A DNA stretch of 21,700 bases, from the NCBI GenBank assembly GCA_000934665.2, contig KZ538903.1, positions 62,001 to 83,700 on the forward strand. Direction: 5' to 3'. Each line of letters starts with the position of its first letter. Within the stretch, counting starts at the first letter, position 1. Shown piece after piece: positions 1 through 9,305 of the stretch. The notes beneath the pieces were generated by a model that saw nothing but the letters and a program-made list of their open reading frames with translations, searched no databases and was not told the origin of the DNA. This DNA comes from Catajapyx aquilonaris (taxonomy: Eukaryota). A program made the translations under genes and the position numbers.

Positions 1-729
1 CAGAATTCATACTGTAATAGATGCTTTCATGTGCAATAAAACACTCCAGTTATTACGCAAAATACCTACAACATCAGTCGGAACCACGGTTCCTTCAGTG
101 TGTTCGTAAATGTATCATTAATTTTTATAACCATCTCCGAGCACTTGCAAAGGTCTTCCCGGCTTCAACTGTGAGAGATAAATAGTCGGATCTAAGACGT
201 GTGCTCAGATTTGTCCCCGACGAAATATACAGGCCTATATCGAGCAAGAAATTACGCAGAAGTGTCGGACGTTCCTTAATCTGAGCGTTGTAGATACCCC
301 GGTGGAATACAAATCCTAATCTTCCGTCACAGCAGACTTTCCTCACGATGAGCTTCACCTTATATGCGAATGCCTGTGTATATAGCGAAGGAGGACTTTG
401 GAGAACTTTCATTAATCCATTCAGGACAACAGCACTACTTTACGATACATTAAACTGCCGACGCCTTGTGAATTTACTACAGCGTTGCACTGCAAAACCA
501 TAAATTTAATGAAGAAGTTTTCCAACTTAATGTCTCTAGTGTGCGTTTATTTCGGTGTCCTATTGGGACGCGGATTTACTTGTACACCCTTTTCTAGTCC
601 TTAGTCGGATTATTATATCAACTGCTAGCAAGTTTTCTTTCCCCGTGACTTTACCAAGCTTGGTATCGTGCCAGAAAAAAAAGTATTGAGAGTAAGACCC
701 ACTTGTTGCATAAGTCCAAGAGGCTTATG

Positions 730-731
<2 letters not shown>

Positions 732-769
<38 letters not shown>
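732..769. repeat. (CT)19 microsatellite
   Basis: Uninterrupted CT dinucleotide run read directly. It produces the ERERER stretch of the spurious ORF 625..858. Confidence 0.98.
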
Positions 770-771
<2 letters not shown>

Positions 772-2630
772 AAGGTTACCCTCAATTCTCTCCCTCCAAA
801 AACGGGCTATAAAAATCATCCCCAGAATAGTGTCTCTTCTGCCAGAACTTGAGGGCATATTCTGGTGACATTTTTCGCCAATGATGGTTTTATCCGCTCA
901 GGTTTCACGTATTATGACATTCAGGCTAAAGCAATTATGCAAAAAGCACTGGACATCATCGCGTAAAAATGATGGGAATAACCCGAGGCGTCAACAGGTA
1001 TTAACAGTGGGAAAGGCTTAAAAAGAGAAGCAACAGGCGTAGAAATAATGAGCATGAAAAGTCACGACCCGTACATTTTCATACCATGCTGTATAGCGCT
1101 CCGGAAATACCCGTCTTCTCCTCCCGGGCCTCGTTTTGCAAGAACCGGACTTGTAATTCCAGCCTTTATTATGCCCCTGTCAGGATTTTATTACGCTAAT
1201 TCCTTTAGGTTACGCAATCCTTGTAACGGTCACTAGAAACAAGGAGCTCCCATAAATATGCATAGTCCATGCGGGAGTTGACTCGGTCCAAAATGCGCAT
1301 TTCAATTTAATTTAGCGTTCGTGGGCATGGGGACAGAAGTTTTCATTGCTTTAGAATTACAATACAAAAGCTCCGCCTAATGTTTCGCTTACATTAGTCA
1401 GCTGCACACAGGTCGGCGTGGGCTGCTACTCTGGAACGCTTTATTTCGCCACGTATTCTTATGCTCAAACTTTGTACGGAAGTACCACTTTCCAAGTATC
1501 ACGCACTTCATGCACACGACGCTGCTGCAACATCGGCTAGTGTCGTTGCTGATGGAAACCTTTCACAGGAGGTGGAGGCAGCTCACTTTTCGGATTATAT
1601 AAACTGCCAGTCTGTCACCAGCTATTTACGGGGAATATTAGTCCAAAAGTATTCTTAATCATAATCACAAAATTGCATGGATGGTGTGTGAACCAATCGA
1701 ATTAGACAAAAATAGAGTGTCACGTAGAAAATACCCTGCATGTTTTAAGCTTCCGGGGAAACACCTGTACTTGTCATGCTCCAGGCACGTCCAATAAACC
1801 ACACCCTATACATTATTATGAAGTTTGGAAAGCTCAACAACACTTCCTCGCAATGCATTCTGAAACACAACGAATAAATTAGGGAGTGGCATCCTCATAT
1901 CGAAAAACATAGTCTCTTAGTTGTGTTTTCCACATTGTTTTATTCCACAAGAGATGTATACTGCAGAGTATCATTTTTATGCTAAATTTCCTACCTACAC
2001 TTTCTGGTTTACATATCACTGACCGACCAGGGAAGAAGCTGCGACATGATTGTTTTGTTTGCTGCACTGATTTTGACCATCAGTTCTGTCCATTTCTCAC
2101 TTGATGGTATAGTGAAGGGTGAGACAGACACCTTGATGCATCTGTCTCCACCTCAAGGTGGATATGAACAGATCCACTGGACATTGTCAGCCTCACTCTC
2201 TCCTTCGTCGACCCGTACCAGTGGATAACCTTTTTTTCACAACTAGGAACCAGCTAGTTTTTTGGGGATATGAAATATAGGGTGTACTCTTGCAATGTGG
2301 ATTTAGGGAAATAGTTGCATTTCTGCAAAGTTGGCAGAAATATTCCGCAGCCATTGTAGATTCGTCCACCGAACGGCGACAAGGGCGGAAAAAAAGAAGA
2401 GAGCGAAAAAAATAAAACGACCTATCGGCTTCATGCGAGTTTCACGCCCCTTCAATTCCTGAGGTCGGAGGCCAGTTGTGGGGAAAAACCTTTAGGAGTG
2501 GGTTTCGGAATGGACATTAAGGCGGCCATTTCGAGCCCGGAATTGCCCTCGCAATGTCTTGTGTGGGAGGGCAGGGGGTGTGGAAGAACGATATAGAAAG
2601 TGGTGGTGACTGCACAAGTCCGGCTCTACA

Positions 2631-2683
2631 CCCCCCCTCCCCCACTTTCTCCCCACCCCCCCCCCCACTCTCACACCCTCCCC
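2631..2683 (-). other. C-rich low-complexity tract with G-quadruplex potential on the minus strand
   Basis: Six runs of 3 or more C separated by short spacers (ccccccctcccccactttctccccacccccccccccactctcacaccctcccc). Confidence 0.55.
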
Positions 2684-3047
2684 AAAGCCCTAAGCACTGC
2701 AAACTTCAAACCACTTTGGGCTAGAGTTGCTATTGTGTGCACTAGTTTACGCTCACCTTGTCATCGGTGGGCTGAACTTTCCAAGCTGGCCACTACCATG
2801 TGACTTGCTGACAAAATCAATTACTACCGTTTACAGTGGAGAGGAAGAAGGGTGATCTCAGGGCTTTTCGTCATGCGGTAAAGCATCCTATATATTATTC
2901 CTTGGAAGATGATCGATGGGCAGGCTTCCAAAGAAAGAGGGGCAGGAAACCCTCATATTTTTGCTACTATTATACTTTACGTTCCACTTGGAAAATGTAG
3001 ACCGGTCAATTTATTTCACTATTTCTGGCAATGTTTGGAATTCCTTC

Positions 3048-3128
3048 TGTACTACTTACATCTGACTTACATACACATATGTTGTGATACATAATTGCTA
3101 AGTGTACTACTTACATACAAATATGTTG
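3048..3128. repeat. Local direct duplication
   Basis: tgtactacttacat[ctgacttacat]acacatatgttg (3048-3084) versus tgtactacttacatacaaatatgttg (3103-3128). Confidence 0.8.
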
Positions 3129-4121
3129 GTCAGCAAGATGAGAGCATAACATATCTGCAATGCCAATATTATGTAGTAATTGCCAACCTAATTATTTTCA
3201 TCAATTCCACTATCTTTGTCCTTTGTTGATGGACAGTCAGTTAGTTTGAGTAGCGAAAACTGGTGGCGCTTGAGTTACCCGCCCCAGGCAGAGGTACACA
3301 AGATGGTCGATGTAGCCTACTTGTATATCGACTGAGACAAGTAGGCAGAAAACATAAAAATCCTTTCATTGTGAATCTTCCAAGAACACGCTGGCAAAAA
3401 ATATTGCTATTACTAAATTAGTTGTCCCGTCCTCGAAAAGAAAAAAAAGTGGAAAATTTCCCGACCGCGGTAGTTGGTAAACTTTCTTATTGTCCGAGTC
3501 TTTTCCGTCAACACATGACGTTTTCTCCGGTTCTTCAAACCCACCCCGCCACTTTCCTTTCAGAATCATAGAAAAACACATTTCATTAAAAGTAAGTGCA
3601 ATTTCCACTCCGGAGGCATATTGGACTTCCTAAGCTTTATTTTTCCCCTCTCCAGAAATTGTCATTTCCGGCAGTGGCTCCTCTTTGAAGATGATAGCCC
3701 CTTCTGTAACACATTAGTCTTATAACTTGTACCTCAAAAAGCTTTGCTGATAAACATGCTATGTTTCATACATATCGTATGCTATTAATATTATACTGTA
3801 CAGTGAAACCTATCTGTAATGGTCCTTATTTACCACTGAAACTTGTCAATTATGTAACTGTGAGATTTTCTCAATTTTTATCCTATTCTGTTCTAAGAAA
3901 AACATGAGTCATCGCAGTTGTTAATTAGTAGTCTCACAGTACAACTGAAAATCACTTCTATTTATACAGTACAATAATGATGACTCTAAAAGGCAAACAA
4001 TATCTTCGCTGAACCACAAACTATAGCCTACCTCAGTAAACACTGATAGTGGTTAATTTGTTTTGTAATACTCATTTACCGTGTAATATTTATTAATATT
4101 GTGCCATAATTATACAGGGTG

Positions 4122-4444
4122 GGGGAGGTGTAGATGGCCGAGATGGTAACGTCTCGGCTTGCTGAGTGAAAGGTCCCAGGTTCTATCCCCGCCTGGGAGT
4201 TCCCTTTCACCTGCGTTGAGTTGGAGGTGTCTGGCAACCTAACCTCCTGGGGAACAGCACATGACCCCTTTACCGACATTGCATTTGCACCAATGGTCCC
4301 TCCCCAAAAATCCCTATATCCTTACCTCATGTCCTTTCATCCTTGCACCGGAGTTAGAAGAAAAAAATCAGAAAATTTAAGGAAAATAGTGGTATTCCAC
4401 CCCCCTATAAGGGCCTATGGCCCTATCACGGGTTACCGTAAAAA
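4122..4444 (+). mobile_element. tRNA-derived SINE (tRNA-Ala-like head), apparently full length, about 323 bp
   Basis: Pol III A box TGGCCGAGATGG at 4135-4146 and B-box-like GGTTCTATCCC at 4179-4189. AGGTCCCAGGTTCTATCCCCGCC resembles the variable loop/T-arm of eukaryotic tRNA-Ala (AGGTCCCGGGTTCGATCCCCGGC, recalled from memory). CTTGCTG sits at the anticodon-loop position. There is a 3' stem-loop AGGGCC-TAT-GGCCCT (4410-4424), a short A tail, and no T4 run in the body. Flanked by an exact 14-bp direct repeat AATTATACAGGGTG (4108-4121 and 4445-4458). Confidence 0.88.
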
Positions 4445-4451
4445 AATTATA

Positions 4452-4781
4452 CAGGGTGTTTCAACTTTTTCGTCCTAACAGTTATCGGGAAATTACACGT
4501 AGCTGTTACTTTATAAGCAGTGACTTGCAAACGGTGACTTGTCGAAGGAATGGGGAATGGGGGAAAAGAGGGTCGCACATCCCATGGCATGTGTGACCCT
4601 CTTTTTTCCAGGCTTGACCCTCTTTTTTCAGCGGGCAGCACGTATGCCACTTCAACCTACGACTCGCAGGGAATATTCCCCGTTCCTCCGAAAAATCACC
4701 GTTTGCAAGTCACTGCTTACAAAGTAGCAGCTATGTGCAATTTTCCGATAACTGTTCGGACAAAAAAGTTGAAACACCCTG
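4452..4781. mobile_element. Tc1/mariner-type MITE (330 bp, about 107-bp TIRs, TA TSD)
   Basis: TA|CAGGGTGTTTCAACTTTTT...AAAAAGTTGAAACACCCTG|TA. Arms 4452-4558 and 4675-4781 align with about 11 mismatches by eye. Internal hairpin AAAAGAGGGTCGCACAT...ATGTGTGACCCTCTTTT. No coding capacity. Confidence 0.95.
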
Positions 4782-7222
4782 TATATACACAACACTACCG
4801 CCATATGAAGCATTGCAGATCAATTTTGTGACTGGAGATCTTTGAGAACAAGCTAGCTGAATGAAACTTCATTATTGCAGCATTTGATGTAATTACAGAG
4901 AATATAATTATAATAAAATGTCACTGCCATTTTAAACCACTAGCCTGCTCTAACCTTTAAAAGTAGCACACTTCAAAGTTCAAACAGTTGATGTGGTTTT
5001 CTCTGTTAAGCAATATTTTGATAGTTAGAGCAATAAAAAACAGAAATATGTTTCTTTTATAACTTAAAAGCGACTTCGTAGTGAAACCCAAAAGCATCAC
5101 CAAGTTGATTATGGCCACTGATTTACCTGCCAAAATTACTTCTGATTATAATTGAAGAGTGGGATTCCAAAGTCCCCTAAGTCCATTTTCATGAAACACT
5201 TTGCATTAATTTTCTTGTTTGTATCTTTTCTTTCAAAATTAGACACACTGAATATTAAATGTAATATATTGGTAATAACTAACGAGAATGACTTGTGCAG
5301 AATATAATAAATCACATTTTATTTGGCTCCAATTTGGCAACATAATTCGGACTGTAGAGAAAGTGGTCTTTCCAAGAAGACCTGTTCCCGGACGTACAGT
5401 ACATTCAACTGGGCAATCATCTAGTAAAATATAATCATTGAGAATATTTCCAGTCCGTTATTACCCGAAAATTTTCGCTCTGTCTGTACCGAAATATTCC
5501 GATTTTCCAACAACATAGAGACGGTGTTTCTTTCATCTCGTGAAGACAATTCACTCTACTCTGCTGATGTAGGGATTACACTAATGCACGACTGGCAACG
5601 GGACGTGGACCACGCTCTAAGCCCATGGTGACGGGAACGCCTTAGGCATAACCATATACTCTCTCATATCATGTTTTTACGGTTTAAGGGTATTACTAAG
5701 CGTGTCCAACAAATGTCAAAGGCGCATGATATAGGTTTTTTTCAGTACATCAATTATCAAGATAGGTATAGTAAGCTCTATATCGCAAAATACAGTCAAC
5801 AATGGTATGATCTGAACTGGTACTCTGCCAATTCAATTAGGAGCCTGAAAATTGTCTTTAGGTATCCACAACACTGAATCACTTAAACATCATCTTATGA
5901 AAGTGTTTGTTGAATAAAACTAGTAATATATTTGTTGTTGCCGGGTGAATGTTAATAATATTAACTTACCGTAATATGGTAAAGTACTGTACAATATTAT
6001 GTGCACACTGTTAGATAAAATTCAATTTGACGATATATAAAACAGCATAAAATAGTCTGCTATAAACTCAATTATGAAGTTGTTCTTCACATTTCTTCCA
6101 TGAATCCGTACTGATCCCATCCTTCTTGAAGAACATTTCCACAACTTTTCCCTCTACTAGAGTAAAGAGGGGAAAAAACATGTATATAATTATGGAGTGG
6201 TAGAAGGAGCCAAAGTCAAGTAAATGCCTCGAGGGTATCTTTTATACAAAACGCTCCATCTCCGCGGCTCATTAGGAGTAGAAAAGTTGCCAAGAGCTCC
6301 CTGAGAGGAGTAATCGCGAAAACTCAACCCCCGTTGTCCCCATGCCTCATGACTTTGCACCGAGGGTTTGAAATGAGACCCCCCTAGCCTGAGAGAGGGT
6401 AAGCTATTACGACCATCTGAGGCTCGGACCAGGTTCCCAAAATCGCGATCTTTTCGACAAAAAAGCTAAACCCCACCCTTGCTTCCACCCTTCTCCCCTT
6501 GCTAGAAATTGTTCCCTGTCATGCTGCACACGCTCGGGCTCCCCCTGACTTAGCAAAGTTTGCGTGCTGTTTTCTACAAAGAGCCCCCGGGAGCTCTCCA
6601 AGTATATATTACACCCCCTCCTTCAAAACCATGAGCACAATAATGCCCCCACCTCGCCTTCCTCCACTCTCTGCCCCCTTTCCCTTTGCGTGTTCTGCTC
6701 TAATTATTTTCGCAACAGGTTCGCAAGACCATTAGTTGAGACTTCAATCTTGCAGTCTGATGGTATGGCTTACGTTGCAACTAGCTTTACACTCGTGTAG
6801 GAAAGGGTGCATGTATATGTGGACGCGTAACCTAGATTATATACCGACTGCTAAATAGAGGTTCCTGGTGAAGATTTTGCCATCTTTGCGTGGCTGGCGG
6901 AATGCAGCATGGCTGGCATAGGGATATGCGCGTTGATTAAAAACCGGCCACTAGGACTGAAGGACACAGCTGCTGGTAAATTACGCGAGGTAATGTACAT
7001 TCCGAATAGGTTGATAAGTTATTGTGGCGGTTAGTGGTGGGCGCCAGTACTCAAATGCTTGAACTTTTTGCGTGTCGGAGTGCACGTATCATGAAAACAT
7101 AAATTATACGTGTGTATAAAAAAGAGCATGAGTGAAACATCATTAAATGTTTCTTAGTAAGAGTTCAATCATATGTTGTGAAAACCTTTGGCAAGATTAC
7201 TTTTGTTTCTGAAACATCTATA

Positions 7223-7748
7223 CAGGGTGTTTACGAGCTAACTTACAAACTTCTAGGGGTAATAGAGGTGACCAAGACAAACATATTTCACATAGGAACC
7301 CGTGTCCGGAAATGCCATCTAGAGGGGGTTCATATACAAGGAATGGGTGCGCTCGGACGCGTCAGGCGGGCGGCATTAGTGAGCAGACCGTTTAGTTGCG
7401 TTAGTTGCGCGGATTGTACACACCTCAGCAATTCGCCATAACCTGGCAACAACAGAATTGGTATTTATTATCTGCGCGCTACCTAGCATTCTGACTTTAG
7501 TAGTTAGGTGGTTCTGTTGTTGCCAGGTTATTGCGAATTGCGAAGTTGTGTACAATCCGCGCGCCACCTAGCAACTAAACGCTCCGACCGCTGACGCCCC
7601 CCGGCTGACGTGTCTGAGCGCACCCGTTCCTCGTCTATGAACCCCCTCTAGATGGCGTTTCCGGACACGGGTTCCTATGTGAAATATGTTTGTCTTGGTC
7701 CCCTCTATTACCCCTAGAAGCTTGTAAAGTTAGCTCGTAAACACCCTG
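7223..7748. mobile_element. Tc1/mariner-type foldback MITE (526 bp, about 235-bp arms, 54-bp spacer, TA TSD)
   Basis: TA|CAGGGTGTTTACGAGCTAAC...GTTAGCTCGTAAACACCCTG|TA. Arms 7223-7457 and 7512-7748 are reverse complements, with the outer 145 bp or so near-identical. Shares the terminal CAGGGTGTTT with the MITE at 4452. Confidence 0.96.
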
Positions 7749-8048
7749 TATATCCTGCTTATTTTGACCTTTCTGGAAGTACAGTTCACTATAGAGGATG
7801 TTCCTCTGCCCAAGTTGGCCATCTGAAAGGGGAATAGTAGGAGAATCAACCCCGTTCCCCTTGTTAGAATCGTTAACTCCGAAAGAGAAATACCCTGTGC
7901 CATATTTCACTGTATACACGACAGTATCATAATAACGGCTAAATATTGTGAAATTTGAGTCAGAATATATAATATTATTACAGTATATGATGGACGCCAT
8001 GATTGGCACTGTTAGAAATGCGAGTTTTTAATGCTAAATGTGGAAGAC

Positions 8049-8218
8049 CAAATTACGAAGTTTTAGCTATAGAGTCAATTTCATTGGCCTTAGAAGTAGG
8101 TCGGTTTTCAGTCTGGCGATGATGGTTTTTCCTCAGGGAAGCGCTTTATAATTTCATTTTCCTCCAAACCGGAGTTCCTATAGGCTTTGCAATGCGCATG
8201 ACAATTATCTTGAGAAGG
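8049..8218 (-). pseudogene. Possible heavily decayed Tc1/mariner transposase catalytic-domain relic
   Basis: Manual minus-strand translation from 8212 gives QDNCHAHCKAYRNSGLEENEIIKRFPEEKPSSPD*KPTYF*G, then with frameshifts MK and LRNL. The in-frame QDNxxAH and PSSPD motifs have spacing close to the QDxAxAH...WPxxSPDLNPxD core of DD34-37(D/E) transposases. Confidence 0.45.
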
Positions 8219-8615
8219 GTAGTCATACACTCCTCAACCTAAAGATATGCATTTTCCATGTGCCGCTTAAAAACTAGGCGCCACTGCTCCACGTTCTGGC
8301 CTGTTTTCAGCTATTTTTGTAAAATGTTATGTTGAACCGCCTATTATACGTCAATAAATGACCTTACATTAGAAGCTTGTCGCTCATGTCCGCTGGATGC
8401 GGACAACCTAACGTGAATATAACAACCTAAATGGAGCGGTGCTTTGGCATAACCCATGGGCAGCGTTTTTTGGCTATTTGATACGATAAAGGAACATTTG
8501 TTATACCTCGTAAACCAGTATCACTAATCACATTTGTTGCTGGCACGCCATATTAATAATTTGGGCACAAGCGCTGAGCCACATCGCTATTCATCAGTGT
8601 TCCACACAAAGTCTA

Positions 8616-8640
8616 CGAGGGCCAGTCAAATAAAAGCGTT
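8616..8640. mobile_element. Orphan mariner-like terminus
   Basis: TA|CGAGGGCCAGTCAAATAAAAGCG resembles TA-CGAGGG-type insect mariner TIR starts (recalled pattern). No matching opposite end found. Confidence 0.35.
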
Positions 8641-9086
8641 CAGTCCAGTTAGGGCCACATTGAATTGAATCTATACAGTTGAGGAAGGTATTTCACAGTT
8701 GACTAGGGCACCAGTGATACCACCTCAGTCCTCAGATTGAATAAGATTGAGTTTATGCTCCGTAGGTGATACCAATTTCCATATCAACATTTTGAGCTTC
8801 GAGTGGGTCCAAAATATGCTTAGAAGAAAATGTGTAGAAGAATATAGACATGGCCTTAATGATTATTAATAGACTATTCAGGTTAGTGAAAATCGACCTA
8901 CCAAATCTAATAATGATACATTCCCACAAAGTTAGCAGAGTTATGCCGTAGACGTGGTTGTGAATTGATGTTCTTGATAAGACAGTAAATGGTGCTGAAA
9001 CAAATCCACGATTTTTGCTCTTGAGACTGCCACAGCCCACATTCGAACATTTAAAAAATACTCAAGCTGCTGAAATTGAAAACGTA

Positions 9087-9305
9087 CCGTCAATAGGGGT
9101 GAGATTGTGCCAGCGCATTTTTTTGACAACAGTGCGCCATACCGCGAATTTTACTCGTCATTGCCAACCTTGACCATCCCTCAATGTACGCGTACAGTAG
9201 TAAAACATGCCTAAAGTCGCTTGCTGCCAGTAGGGCGCACTGTTATAAAAAAAATGCGCTGGCACAATCTCACCCCACCTGGGACAGTCTCACCCCAATT
9301 GACGG
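9087..9305. mobile_element. TA-flanked MITE (219 bp; Tc1/mariner superfamily, pogo-like CCGT terminus)
   Basis: TA|CCGTCAATAGGGGTGAGATTGTGCCA (9087-9112) versus TGGGACAGTCTCACCCCAATTGACGG|TA (9280-9305), 23/26 match. Inner inverted repeat 9096-9138 / 9234-9276 matches 41/43. Confidence 0.92.

Noticed and set aside
3799..3830. TA-CAGTGAAACCT Tigger/pogo-like terminus
   Set aside because: No matching opposite TIR found nearby, and the motif is too short alone.
4122..4197. Functional tRNA gene
   Set aside because: The acceptor, anticodon and T stems do not pair as a cloverleaf, the B box has GTTCTA instead of GTTCGA, and the sequence continues into a body and tail bounded by a TSD. A SINE explains it better.
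5502..5618. Possible rosa/DD41D transposase relic (IFQQHRDG ... GRGPRS on plus)
   Set aside because: It needs several ad hoc insertions, deletions and frameshifts, and cannot be told from chance without an HMM search.
6856..6996. Open reading stretch ending at GAG|GTAATG as a possible exon
   Set aside because: No polypyrimidine tract at the candidate acceptor and no recognisable protein similarity.
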